Virus record (IMG/VR): IMGVR_UViG_3300001460_000004
Coordinates: 166,037-230,036 of that record
Length of the DNA stretch: 64,000 nt
Reading direction: 5' to 3' (one strand)
A model generated the notes under the pieces. It did not search any database. It worked only from the letters and a program-made list of their open reading frames with translations, and was not told the DNA's origin. Position 1 is the first letter of the stretch. Every line of letters starts with the position of its first letter. Positions 29,273 to 39,333 of this stretch are shown here, one piece after another. Position numbers and translations under genes: made by a program.

Positions 29273-31300
29273 GTGTCTTATAGTAGTGTAATGGCAATAG
29301 CGGGTGCAGGATTTTTTAAACCTCCTCCAGGTGATGTGGGTACAAGTATTCATATTCCAACAACGTTAACTACGGCACTCAATAGTTACACTGGTCTTAC
29401 AACTATTACTAATGTACTGTCTGCAAAAACCAAAGCAAGTACCGCGGCTATTGCAACAAATATAAGTTTTAGTAACTATATTAAGATATTAAATTTAGGC
29501 AATACTACTCTAAGTCCATTAACAAATACTATACCTAGTGCTTATTCGGTTGATGATATATTACCAGCTAGTACGGTGTTACCATGGGACAGTGCATTGG
29601 TGTACGGTATTAATACAGTAGTTAGTTACCAAGGAAATTATTATATATCCTTGCAAGACAACAACCAAAGCAAAGTACCTACTACTGAAGCTACATTTTG
29701 GAAAATAGATTTTACACTTTACTCTTTTAGTAATGCACTATCGTTTAATGTAAATGCATTGCTGTTTGGAAACACCAGTGATCCAAGTATTTTTTGTCAA
29801 GTTTATGGCACCGCTGATGCTTACTTGACTCAAAGTAATGTTCTTATTAATAGTACTACTAGTACAGAAATAACAAGTCTTACTTTTAGTAACCTCACCG
29901 GGGGTATGAATAATTTAACAACCGGCAGTCTAAATCAATTTACTAGTAACTTTGCTGAAGTTGCAAAGGATATGAAAAATTTAGGATTTTTAATTGCACT
30001 TGATAGAACACAACAATTTGGATTACCAAGTGAGTTGGTGCGTAGGGTTGCTGATGTAACAGGAATTACAATTCCCTCATTGAATGATGCATTACTATTA
30101 AACGGTTTTGAGCAAGCAGAAATTGATGCAATAAATAGCGGATTGACAACTGCATTAACTGCCACCCAAGAAAAGTTACTATATGAAGTATTAACAACTA
30201 TTACCGATGATGATTTTAAAACAGTTTTATCATTGTTGCAAATAAAAGATAATCCTCAGATTGTACGTATGAGCGATTTACTTAACGTTGTTAAACTATT
30301 TCCTAACAGTTATCAATACCTTTTGACTCCACTTCCAAGTGGTCTAGAAAATCTTTTTATTAATGGAACTACAATTAATAACAATCTAGTTCTTAATCTT
30401 GAAGACAATCCAATTGTAACCTATATTGGACAGCCAAACTTATACGATTACCCAACTCTTAAATTAATATTACCAGCAGACCAAGCTGCGGCTGTTAAGG
30501 GAATAACCAAAGCATTAGAACAGATTCAAGACATAGCAAATTCAACATTACCTGGATTAGCAAAAGCACTAACCACAGTACAAGACAACACAGGGCTAGA
30601 CAAGGTAATAGCATTAACAACACCAGTTCCGGCTAATATAATCACATTTTATCAACAATCGCTTGGTAATGGGTCAGGTGCTGGAAATACACTTGTATTA
30701 AGTGATTTTTTAGGCACATTGAGTTTAAGTTTATTTCCAACAAATGTTAATACTGTTACAACTAACCTGACTGCAATTGATAATGCAAATGGATTAGACA
30801 CTTACAACAATGGGATCACCAACCTAATTAATTTGTTAGATGGTGATTATGGTCTTCCACTTGAAACAAACATTATTCCTAGTGGGCCCGGTGCAGGGAC
30901 TTATACTAGTTGGAACAATGCTCTTGATACATTAATCCCTGCAATTGAAACAGCTATTACTGGAGTAACAAGTGCATATCCTGCACAGTCCACGGCAATG
31001 AATAATGCATGGGCTTCTATGGTTGCTGAAATTGCTAGAGAAACAGCAAATCAAAAACTAGCTCAAATTGATTTAACAAACACAACACCAATGGATCAAA
31101 GTTTAATTTTAGCATGGGTGCAAGGTTTGCATGATTATGCGTTGGACACTAATACAAATGCACTATTAACAAATGTTGCTAATACAAGTACACTTGGCGG
31201 GCAATGCGTAATTGCAAGTTTACGTGAGGGAGTAAACATAGACACACTTGAAAATGATGCTGGAGTGTCAGTTCCAACAAATTTGCCTGAAAATCTATAA
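29273..31300 (+). CDS. Putative baseplate/tail structural protein with CBM5/12-like insert
   Basis: T/N/L-rich; PWDSALVY...VVSYQGNYY...FWK; adjacent to PAAR. Confidence 0.6.
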   Translation: MSYSSVMAIAGAGFFKPPPGDVGTSIHIPTTLTTALNSYTGLTTITNVLSAKTKASTAAIATNISFSNYIKILNLGNTTLSPLTNTIPSAYSVDDILPASTVLPWDSALVYGINTVVSYQGNYYISLQDNNQSKVPTTEATFWKIDFTLYSFSNALSFNVNALLFGNTSDPSIFCQVYGTADAYLTQSNVLINSTTSTEITSLTFSNLTGGMNNLTTGSLNQFTSNFAEVAKDMKNLGFLIALDRTQQFGLPSELVRRVADVTGITIPSLNDALLLNGFEQAEIDAINSGLTTALTATQEKLLYEVLTTITDDDFKTVLSLLQIKDNPQIVRMSDLLNVVKLFPNSYQYLLTPLPSGLENLFINGTTINNNLVLNLEDNPIVTYIGQPNLYDYPTLKLILPADQAAAVKGITKALEQIQDIANSTLPGLAKALTTVQDNTGLDKVIALTTPVPANIITFYQQSLGNGSGAGNTLVLSDFLGTLSLSLFPTNVNTVTTNLTAIDNANGLDTYNNGITNLINLLDGDYGLPLETNIIPSGPGAGTYTSWNNALDTLIPAIETAITGVTSAYPAQSTAMNNAWASMVAEIARETANQKLAQIDLTNTTPMDQSLILAWVQGLHDYALDTNTNALLTNVANTSTLGGQCVIASLREGVNIDTLENDAGVSVPTNLPENL

Positions 31301-31352
31301 TACACACTAACGGTATATAAATAAATTCTCCTTATATACACCAAAAACTAGG

Positions 31353-31358
31353 TAAATA
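31353..31358 (+). promoter_or_regulatory. Late promoter TAAATA, 5 nt before ATG 31364
   Basis: TAAATA-TTGTC-ATG, no SD. Confidence 0.7.
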
Positions 31359-31363
31359 TTGTC

Positions 31364-33913
31364 ATGATATTAATATTCTTAACTTTAATTACTGCATTAG
31401 CTTTAAGTGCAGTTGCAGCATTCTATAGTATAGTAGGTTTAACAACTATATTTGCAGCCAGTATACTGCCTGTTATTATTATGGCAAGTATACTCGAAGT
31501 TGGGAAACTTGTAACAACAGTTTGGCTACACGAAAACTGGCATCGTGTAAGATTTTTCATGCGTGTGTATTTGTGTATAGCAGTTGTCATATTAATGATC
31601 ATTACTTCAATGGGTATATTTGGGTTTCTAAGTAAAGCACACATTGAACAAGCAAGTAATGCAGCTCAAGGACAAGCACAAATTGAAAGAGTTGTCAGTG
31701 AAATTGAGCTTCAAGAAAACGTAATTGTACGAGCTAACAACCAAATTGAAAAACTTGAAGGACAAAGCACTAATACTAATATCAGCATACAAGAACAAAT
31801 TGCAGACGAACAAGCAAGAATTGACACCCAATACTCACGCATACAACCAGCAATTGATGAACAAAACAATATTATTGCAGACACTAGAGTTGATGATCTA
31901 GCACGTACTAACCCATACGAACAACAATTGGTTAGTTTATCAGATGAATTAAAAACTTTTAATGAACAAATACAAACATACGAAAGCAGTCTCAAAGAAG
32001 TTGGCAAAGACACCGCTAGCATTGATGCCAGCGTAAAGCCATATGAAGATACATTAAATAGTACTGCTGATGATGCAATACGTCCATATGTGGATCAAAT
32101 TGCTAGTATTAATAGAGATATTGAAAGTTTACAAAATTTAACAGCTAGTGGTAACAGAGAAGATATTAAACGAGCACAACAGTTAGTTGGTATAAGTGCA
32201 GATGGTATTTTTGGTACCGGCAGTGCTAGAGCAACTGATGAATGGAAAGACAAACAAGCACAGCGTATTGCTGAACTAAGTGCAACTATAACTGATTTAC
32301 GCCAACAACACCAATCTAAAATTGCTCAAGCAAGTAGTACTATTACCCAACTACGCAAAGAATTTGAAGATGGGGTAAGAAACGAGCGATCTCGTATAAC
32401 TGGTTTAATTAATGATATACAAAACGTACAAATACCTGCACTTAAAACTAGAGAGCTAGAAGTACTAGCAACCATTGACAATGTTAGAAGTACAGAATCA
32501 CCTATTATTATCCAAGCACGTGAAGAGATTGTTCGTATTAGATATGCAGCCAATCAAAACATAGAAGCCAGTCAAAAAATAATTGAACAACTACGAGATA
32601 AAATACAGATTGGTAGTACTGCAGAACAAGATGAATTAATTGATGCACAACGTTTGCGTATTACTACAGCAAACACACTAGTTGAACAACTAACTGACGA
32701 AAAATTTGCACTTGAGACCGAAGCAAGGGCATTTGAGGCTGAAGTAGGACCAGTTAAGTACATAGCAGCTTTGATATACGAAGACGGCGGCACTACTGAA
32801 TCTTTAGAAGATGCAGTGCGTTGGGTTATTATTATGTTGGTATTTGTATTTGATCCATTGGCAATTATGTTACTATTAGCTGCAACTGAAACAATATCTT
32901 GGCGTAGAAAAGAAAAACAACAGCAATTAGTAGATACACCACTTGAGACTAAACTAGAATCTAAAGAAGAAATAGTGTTTGAAGATGTTGACCAAGACAC
33001 ATTAGCCAAAGAAGCTGCCAATGAGGCCCAGCTTATTGAAGATGATATAGCCGAAGAAAAAAAACGTGAACAAGCTAGAGCCCAGGCTATAATTGATAAC
33101 CCTGGTTATCCCCCAAAAGAAAAGGATAATGACGATGTACCACAGGTTCACGTTAGCCGCAATGATGATCCAGTACCTTTTACTGAAACAACTGGAAGAG
33201 AACCCGACGGAGAAGGAGAAATAGATGGAACAGTGGTGGAACCTACAGACAGCAATATACAAGATGGTGATGTGGAACTTGATGAACGAGATCGAGAAGC
33301 CGATGATGCGGAAGGTCTATCAGGACGGAGCGATGTGGAACCTGCAGAAGAACAAGTACCTGACAGTGACCAAACCGAAGAAAGAACTAGTACCGAGCAG
33401 GACACCGGAGGAAGTGCTACAGCATCTGAACAGGTAGAAGGAGATATTACAGAAGAAAAAGATTGGGAAACATTAGCTAATGAAGCCGAAGCTATTGAAG
33501 GAAGTAACAATGTTCTTAAACAAGCAAAGCAGTTATGGAAACAGGATAACCCAGCCGAAACGTTAAAATTTGAACGTATAAAATTTATGCAAGGATTAAT
33601 TACAGACTTACCCTGGATGGAGTATATTGACGATCCACGTATTAATCGAGAAGTAAAATATGGTTCTGAATATCCAGCTGATGCATTACGAGGTGACTTG
33701 TTTATTAATACAAAACAAATACCAAGTAGTTTACACAAATTTAATGGTGAAAAGTGGATAAGTGTAAATAAACTTACTACAGACCAGTATGCATATAACA
33801 GTCAATACATTCAGTATTTGATTGGCCAAATAAGCGCCGGTGTGTACGACCCCGAACTGCTAACTGATAGCGAACGATCAATGATTGAGACACAATTGCA
33901 AAAAGATATGTAA
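31364..33913 (+). CDS. Large membrane protein: 3 TM helices, long coiled coil with peptidoglycan-binding-like motif, TM helix, acidic tail
   Basis: Hydropathy pattern; AQQLVGISADGIFGTGSARA. Confidence 0.7.
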   Translation: MILIFLTLITALALSAVAAFYSIVGLTTIFAASILPVIIMASILEVGKLVTTVWLHENWHRVRFFMRVYLCIAVVILMIITSMGIFGFLSKAHIEQASNAAQGQAQIERVVSEIELQENVIVRANNQIEKLEGQSTNTNISIQEQIADEQARIDTQYSRIQPAIDEQNNIIADTRVDDLARTNPYEQQLVSLSDELKTFNEQIQTYESSLKEVGKDTASIDASVKPYEDTLNSTADDAIRPYVDQIASINRDIESLQNLTASGNREDIKRAQQLVGISADGIFGTGSARATDEWKDKQAQRIAELSATITDLRQQHQSKIAQASSTITQLRKEFEDGVRNERSRITGLINDIQNVQIPALKTRELEVLATIDNVRSTESPIIIQAREEIVRIRYAANQNIEASQKIIEQLRDKIQIGSTAEQDELIDAQRLRITTANTLVEQLTDEKFALETEARAFEAEVGPVKYIAALIYEDGGTTESLEDAVRWVIIMLVFVFDPLAIMLLLAATETISWRRKEKQQQLVDTPLETKLESKEEIVFEDVDQDTLAKEAANEAQLIEDDIAEEKKREQARAQAIIDNPGYPPKEKDNDDVPQVHVSRNDDPVPFTETTGREPDGEGEIDGTVVEPTDSNIQDGDVELDERDREADDAEGLSGRSDVEPAEEQVPDSDQTEERTSTEQDTGGSATASEQVEGDITEEKDWETLANEAEAIEGSNNVLKQAKQLWKQDNPAETLKFERIKFMQGLITDLPWMEYIDDPRINREVKYGSEYPADALRGDLFINTKQIPSSLHKFNGEKWISVNKLTTDQYAYNSQYIQYLIGQISAGVYDPELLTDSERSMIETQLQKDM

Positions 33914-33920
33914 AAACTTC

Positions 33921-33949
33921 TTGCTTTTTGTGTTGCACTAGTATATAAT
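33921..33949 (+). promoter_or_regulatory. sigma70 promoter for guaC-aldolase
   Basis: TTGCTT-N17-TATAAT. Confidence 0.65.
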
Positions 33950-33979
33950 AAAACAATAAAAGCAAAGATAGGTTATAAC

Positions 33980-35158
33980 ATGCGTATAGATCAAGAAATC
34001 AAACTTGATTATAAGGACGTTTTAATTCGTCCAAAGCGTAGTACACTACAATCACGCAAAGAAGTAGATGTATCACGTAAATTTGAATATAGACACTATA
34101 AACCATACGTAGATACATCTGTTCTTCCCAATGGCTATCCTGCAGGACCTTATCCCGAAGACTCGCACTATCATGCAATTCCATTAATGGCAAGTAATAT
34201 GGATGGTGTTGGCACATTTCAAATGGCTGACAGTCTAGCTAATTTAGATTTTTTTACATGTCTTGTAAAAACATATCCTGTTGATAAACTAATTGGATAT
34301 TTTAATACAGATTGTGGTATTCGCCGTACAGAAAATGTTGCTATGAGTATTGGTACAAGCGATGCTGACTTTTTAAAGTTAGTTGAAGTTCAAGCACAAG
34401 TTGGTAGCAACTTAAAATATGTATGTATGGATATTGCAAATGGGTATAGTGAACACTTTGCGGCAAAAGTACGTAAAGTACGTGACCAGTTTCCAAACTT
34501 GGTTATTATTGCTGGGAACGTAGTAACAAGAGAAATGACGGAGGAACTTATTCTTGCAGGAGCTGATATTGTTAAAGTGGGTATTGGTCCCGGCTCTGTT
34601 TGCACTACTAGGATTCAAACTGGTGTTGGATACCCGCAGTTATCTGCGGTTATCGAATGTGCAGACGCCGCCCATGGACTTGGCGGTCACATTATTGCTG
34701 ACGGTGGGTGTACTTGCCCTGGAGATGTCGCTAAAGCCTTTGCAGCTGGAGCAGATTTTGTTATGCTCGGTGGTATGCTTGCTGGGCATGATGAAGGCGG
34801 TGGCGAAGTAATCACTAAAACTTATGAAACCAACGAAGTTATTGTAGATGCTGACGGTTTCTACGATTCGGTCTATTCTGAAAAACAGTTTGTACAGTTC
34901 TACGGAATGAGTAGTGAAAGTGCAAATGACAAACATTTTGGCGGACTAAAAGATTATCGTTCATCAGAAGGTAGGACTGTAATGGTACCCTACAGAGGCC
35001 AAGTAAAACACACAGTACAAGAAATACTTGGTGGTGTACGTAGTGCTATGACATACACCGGAGCAAAAAAACTAAAACAATTAGCTAAATGTACAACATT
35101 TGTTCGTTGCAGTCAAACACACAACGGGGTGTACGAAAGCTCAACTATAGGGAAATAA
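33980..35158 (+). CDS. guaC: GMP reductase
   Basis: [45 protein letters not shown]. Confidence 0.95.
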   Translation: MRIDQEIKLDYKDVLIRPKRSTLQSRKEVDVSRKFEYRHYKPYVDTSVLPNGYPAGPYPEDSHYHAIPLMASNMDGVGTFQMADSLANLDFFTCLVKTYPVDKLIGYFNTDCGIRRTENVAMSIGTSDADFLKLVEVQAQVGSNLKYVCMDIANGYSEHFAAKVRKVRDQFPNLVIIAGNVVTREMTEELILAGADIVKVGIGPGSVCTTRIQTGVGYPQLSAVIECADAAHGLGGHIIADGGCTCPGDVAKAFAAGADFVMLGGMLAGHDEGGGEVITKTYETNEVIVDADGFYDSVYSEKQFVQFYGMSSESANDKHFGGLKDYRSSEGRTVMVPYRGQVKHTVQEILGGVRSAMTYTGAKKLKQLAKCTTFVRCSQTHNGVYESSTIGK

Positions 35159-35159
35159 A

Positions 35160-35957
35160 ATGAGTAACAGATTTATTGCAGCAATGGATCACAGCGGTGG
35201 TTCAACAGGTGGCGTACTAGAACGATACGGACAAGCGTACACAGAAGACGACAAGATGGATAAAGTACATAACATGCGTTTACGTATGGTAAATTCCCCA
35301 ATGTTTACTAAAGAAAATATTTGGGGTGCTATTTTATATAAAGACACTCTCGAGCGAGGTATGTGTAAAGTCTTAAACAGTAAGGGGATTGAAACATTTT
35401 TAAAAATTGACAGCGGCTGCGAAGATGACGGTACACTGAAAGATTTTGACATCGAGCACATGATTGATTTGGCCGTAAATAATTTTTGTTTTGGTACAAA
35501 AATGCGATCTGTAGTTAAGACAGAAAATATTATCCAACCCTTAGTTAGGCAGCAGTTTAAGTTTGCTAAAAAGATTTCTAACAGAGGACTAATCCCTATT
35601 GTAGAACCTGAAGTTCCCATTGATCATCTTGATAAAAATAATATTGAAATAACTTTAGAAGCTTACCTTAAAAATAAGTTAGACAAATTTCATGGAAAAA
35701 TGATTTTAAAACTTACCTTGCCAGAGCAGGATAATTTATACTATGACTTATCGCAACATAAGAACGTGCATAAGTTAGTTGGACTAAGCGGTGGATATAA
35801 TACATCAGAAGCGTGTGAAAGATTAAAAAAGAATAAAAATATGTCTGCTAGCTTTAGTAGAGCATTAAGTGAAGGATTGCTTGTAACACAAAGTAATGAT
35901 GAATTCAATAAAAAAATTAATCAAAATATTGAGCAAATTGTAAAATCATCAGACTAA
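35160..35957 (+). CDS. fda: Class I fructose-bisphosphate aldolase (bacterial Fda type)
   Basis: FIAAMDHSGGST, FLKID, GTKMRS, PIVEPEV, LSGGY, SFSRAL. Confidence 0.9.
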   Translation: MSNRFIAAMDHSGGSTGGVLERYGQAYTEDDKMDKVHNMRLRMVNSPMFTKENIWGAILYKDTLERGMCKVLNSKGIETFLKIDSGCEDDGTLKDFDIEHMIDLAVNNFCFGTKMRSVVKTENIIQPLVRQQFKFAKKISNRGLIPIVEPEVPIDHLDKNNIEITLEAYLKNKLDKFHGKMILKLTLPEQDNLYYDLSQHKNVHKLVGLSGGYNTSEACERLKKNKNMSASFSRALSEGLLVTQSNDEFNKKINQNIEQIVKSSD

Positions 35958-35971
35958 TTTGCTAAATATAC

Positions 35972-36000
35972 TTGACAATATAGTAACAAGATGTTATTAT
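35972..36000 (+). promoter_or_regulatory. sigma70 promoter for hsp20
   Basis: TTGACA-N17-TATTAT with TGn. Confidence 0.7.
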
Positions 36001-36002
36001 AA

Positions 36003-36053
36003 TGTAGTAGTGCCGAAAGGGCTACAAATTTAATCTTGCTTTTTTAAAGGAGA
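36003..36053 (+). promoter_or_regulatory. ROSE-like RNA thermometer in the hsp20 5'UTR
   Basis: GAAA-loop hairpin, then TCTTGCTTTTTTAAAGGAGA pairing UUGCU (bulged G) with the SD. Confidence 0.65.
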
Positions 36054-36059
36054 AACAAA

Positions 36060-36512
36060 ATGACAAGACTTACAACCCTAAATCTACCTCAATTTACTCA
36101 AGCCACAATTGGTTTTGATAGACTATTTAATGAAATGGAACGCAAGTTCGCTAATAGTCCAAATGGCAACGGGTATCCCCCTTATAACATTGCACAAATT
36201 AACGACGACGAATATATGATTTCTGTTGCAGTTGCAGGATTTGGTATGGATAATTTAGAAATTACCAAAGATGGCAATGTTTTATCTATTGAAGGAACTA
36301 GTCCCAAAGGTGACGAAGATGTTAATTACTTGCACAAAGGTATTGGTGCTCGTAACTTTCGCAGAGAGTTTACAATTGCTGACTATGTGGAAGTAACACA
36401 TGCTGGACTTGAATTAGGTATGCTTAATGTACATCTAAAACGTGAGGTTCCAGAGGAAATGCAACCTAAAAAGATTAAAATTAGTTCTACACAAACATTA
36501 GAAGCTAATTAA
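36060..36512 (+). CDS. hsp20: Small heat-shock protein Hsp20 (IbpA-like)
   Basis: YPPYNI, AVAGF, YLHKGI..RNF, GMLNV. Confidence 0.95.
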   Translation: MTRLTTLNLPQFTQATIGFDRLFNEMERKFANSPNGNGYPPYNIAQINDDEYMISVAVAGFGMDNLEITKDGNVLSIEGTSPKGDEDVNYLHKGIGARNFRREFTIADYVEVTHAGLELGMLNVHLKREVPEEMQPKKIKISSTQTLEAN

Positions 36513-36526
36513 TTGAAATAAATACA

Positions 36527-36550
36527 TGGTAGGGGAGAAATCCCCTATCA
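36527..36550 (+). terminator. 10-bp GAAA-loop hairpin between hsp20 and clpS (terminator or processing site); TAAATA at 36519-36524
   Basis: TGGTAGGGGA-GAAA-TCCCCTATCA; weak U-tract. Confidence 0.5.
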
Positions 36551-36567
36551 TTAATTGAAGGATAACT

Positions 36568-36879
36568 ATGTCAAACGAATCACAAACATATATAAAAGTC
36601 GATGAGAGTTTACATCAACCTCCGATGTATCGTATTATATTTGTAAACGATGATCGAACTCCATTTGAATATGTTACTTCGTCAATAATGGGGCATTTCA
36701 AATATACGGCTATAACAGCAAGTAATATTGCACAAGAAATCCATAACAAAGGCGAAGAAACAGTTGCTATTTTACCGTTTGAAATTGCAGAACAAAAGGG
36801 TGTTGAAATAACAACTGAAGCCCGAGGACATGGATTTCCATTGCGTGTTAGACTAGCACCCGACGAGCCAATACTTTAA
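36568..36879 (+). CDS. clpS: ATP-dependent Clp protease adaptor ClpS
   Basis: PPMYRIIFVNDDRTPFEYV, IHNKG, AEQK, GFPL. Confidence 0.9.
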   Translation: MSNESQTYIKVDESLHQPPMYRIIFVNDDRTPFEYVTSSIMGHFKYTAITASNIAQEIHNKGEETVAILPFEIAEQKGVEITTEARGHGFPLRVRLAPDEPIL

Positions 36880-37658
36880 TCAATCTCAACTCTCAGAGGA
36901 TTATAAGGATCTTGTAACCATTTACTTCCAGTACGACCACGTGGGTTAGAAAAAAAGTTAGTATATGCTACTTGGTCAACAACTTTGTTATGATAATGAC
37001 CAAAGCACCAAGTTTTAATTTTTTGTTCAGTATCAACTTGAAACACCAAAGGCATATGATTGTTAACACTTGTATTAATGCGATAATGTTGATTCATATC
37101 CGGATCATCTTTAATAAATCTTCCCATTGGTAAAAAATGTGTAACACAAACTATATGTTTAACATCAGGCATTTTTTGAAGTTTACTTATACTTCTTTCC
37201 ATATACTGTGCATCGCTCCAGGCTCTAGCTTGTATTTCAGTAGTAACATCACGTGATATATCATAATTTTTTTCCATACCCAGCATACATTCCTCAGTTG
37301 AAAATCGTTGATCATAATCCATACTGTACCAACCGTTAGTACCAACAAAAGCAACACCTTCAAGAGTAGTTACGTTGTTGTGCATATTAACAACATTAGG
37401 TATTTTTCTAATTAGGTTGTCTAATTCGTGATAACTACTGATGAGATCATTGTAAGTATAACGATGTTCTTCATTACCATCAATGTAGAGTACCAAATGA
37501 TATTGCTCACTGATGTGTTTTAGTGTATTATATAGTTTAGTGCGATCAAGAGAAACATCGCCTGCTATAACACAAAGACGAGAGGTAGCTTTGTTAGACC
37601 AATTAAAATCCCAATCGTCTACGTGTAAGTCACTTATTAAATCGAATGAATCAAGCAT
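36876..37658 (-). CDS. Calcineurin-like metallophosphoesterase
   Basis: SDLH, AGD, GNEEH, THFLP, FGHYH. Confidence 0.85.
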   Translation of the reverse strand: MLDSFDLISDLHVDDWDFNWSNKATSRLCVIAGDVSLDRTKLYNTLKHISEQYHLVLYIDGNEEHRYTYNDLISSYHELDNLIRKIPNVVNMHNNVTTLEGVAFVGTNGWYSMDYDQRFSTEECMLGMEKNYDISRDVTTEIQARAWSDAQYMERSISKLQKMPDVKHIVCVTHFLPMGRFIKDDPDMNQHYRINTSVNNHMPLVFQVDTEQKIKTWCFGHYHNKVVDQVAYTNFFSNPRGRTGSKWLQDPYNPLRVEID

Positions 37659-37663
37659 AATAC

Positions 37664-37669
37664 TATTTA
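37664..37669 (-). promoter_or_regulatory. Late promoter TAAATA, 5 nt before ATG 37658
   Basis: Plus-strand CAT-AATAC-TATTTA. Confidence 0.7.
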
Positions 37670-37684
37670 AGGAAAGTTAATCAC

Positions 37685-38038
37685 ATGCAAATAATTATGG
37701 GAACAGAAAACGCTCAAGCCGCTGATACAAAGTATACCACGCTTCCAGTAGACACGTTTAAATTCCATAACTTGGAAGAACCAGTAACAGCATATGCACT
37801 TGTTGAAAGCAATCCATATGAGGAAATGAGTCAAGTTGAGGAATATAAAGCTCTGCATTATAAACTTATGGAAAATTTCTACAAACAAAATTGGGATTTT
37901 TGTCAACAAGCAATTGAAAATTTAACAGGGCGTTGGGGCAACGAGCTAGATACTTTTTACATAGATTTACTAGAACGTGTAGTTGATCACAAAGAAACTG
38001 CACCAGGTGAAGATTGGACTGGCTGGTTAGATCGTTGA
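37685..38038 (+). CDS. Hypothetical protein
   Basis: 117-aa ORF with SD AAGGA. Confidence 0.65.
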   Translation: MQIIMGTENAQAADTKYTTLPVDTFKFHNLEEPVTAYALVESNPYEEMSQVEEYKALHYKLMENFYKQNWDFCQQAIENLTGRWGNELDTFYIDLLERVVDHKETAPGEDWTGWLDR

Positions 38039-39333
38039 AGTCCACGCACTTCTCGTAATTGATTAGCTAATTGTTGTCTTGTGCGATATTCATTTGTTTG
38101 GACCAACTCTAATCGACACATAGGATCTTTGCTTGCAGTTTTCCAAAAGTTATACCAATTTTTTCCAGTTGCATTGATTTCACATTTATCTAATGCTGTT
38201 TGATAGTTTAACTTGAATTCATCAATTATTATGTTAAAAAAATTATCGCTAAAGAAATGTTTTTGATTGTATTCAGCAATTTCTGCTAATGGCCCAGCAA
38301 TGTTATCATAGTTGTTTTGAGCTTGTTTTAAACTATACACTACACGTTGCAATCTTTTAACAGGATCAGTTTCGGTGTCATAGCTTTCATCTAAGTAAGG
38401 AGCAAATGTTTTAAATCCATAACTACGTAAAAATTGTAAACTATTAGGAGTAGCTGCCAACACAAAAGGTTTACCACATGCAATTGGTCTAAGTGTTTTT
38501 TCAGTTAAGTGTATACGTTGATCATCAAACAGTGTTTCACCAACAACGTCTAACCAAGTATCAGTATAGTCACTAGCACAATATGTAGCACTACTATTAC
38601 TTGAAGCAGTATTATTTGATAATACTTCTAAATTGTTACGAGGAATAAACGCTGGGTTTTTAAAGATATGGTTTTTATAATGTATATTGTCGTCAATTGG
38701 ATTAAAACAAATATTACTGTGTTCGCATAGACCGGTTTGGATTAATAAATCTGTTAATTTAAGTCTATATTCTCTACTACCACTCCATGCACGATTATAA
38801 ATATTAAAGTAAAGTTTAGAAGAGTTATCTTTTTTTAATTGGGGGTCAATCTCTGCATATCTATACCAATCTCTAGCAATCACAGCATGTGACCACCAAT
38901 ATACTGTATTAAATCCATGCTGTTCATAAAAATCAACCTCTAGGCTATTCTTTTCACTATGACACAACAACTGAGTATCATATAATACTATGCTATCAAA
39001 CAATGCACAAAGATTTAAATCATTACGATGCTTTCGTATTATACTATTGTTATTATAAAAATACTCCCAACCAGGAAATGTATCTGCATACCATGAACTT
39101 AAATTTTTATCCATGTATTCACTATCGTACAATTTGTGATTTAAAGGTTCTTGATCATGCATCAACATTGCAATGGTGTGTACAAATGTTTCGTGTGTGT
39201 TTTGTGTTCTTGGCCGTAACAGTTTTACATCAGCAAGATTTCTACTACCAGCTGGAAAAAACTGATAAATTAAAGTATGGTCTGTTACAAGATTATCTAA
39301 AAAATTGTACAACTTATCAAAAGGAATGTTCAT
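37987..39333 (-). CDS. Glycosyltransferase-like protein (GT10-like ET...TEK..PI...PF family)
   Basis: VVGETL...LTEKTLRPIACGKPF...GFKTF...DESYD; start set at MNIPF. Confidence 0.6.
   Translation of the reverse strand: MNIPFDKLYNFLDNLVTDHTLIYQFFPAGSRNLADVKLLRPRTQNTHETFVHTIAMLMHDQEPLNHKLYDSEYMDKNLSSWYADTFPGWEYFYNNNSIIRKHRNDLNLCALFDSIVLYDTQLLCHSEKNSLEVDFYEQHGFNTVYWWSHAVIARDWYRYAEIDPQLKKDNSSKLYFNIYNRAWSGSREYRLKLTDLLIQTGLCEHSNICFNPIDDNIHYKNHIFKNPAFIPRNNLEVLSNNTASSNSSATYCASDYTDTWLDVVGETLFDDQRIHLTEKTLRPIACGKPFVLAATPNSLQFLRSYGFKTFAPYLDESYDTETDPVKRLQRVVYSLKQAQNNYDNIAGPLAEIAEYNQKHFFSDNFFNIIIDEFKLNYQTALDKCEINATGKNWYNFWKTASKDPMCRLELVQTNEYRTRQQLANQLREVRGLQRSNQPVQSSPGAVSL

Noticed and set aside
31312-31342. 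Inverted repeat GTATATAA/TTATATAC with a minus-strand AAGGAG
   Set aside because: No start codon at usable spacing on the minus strand, and the stem is AT-only; at most a late box (TATAAATA at 31316-31323) or a relic.
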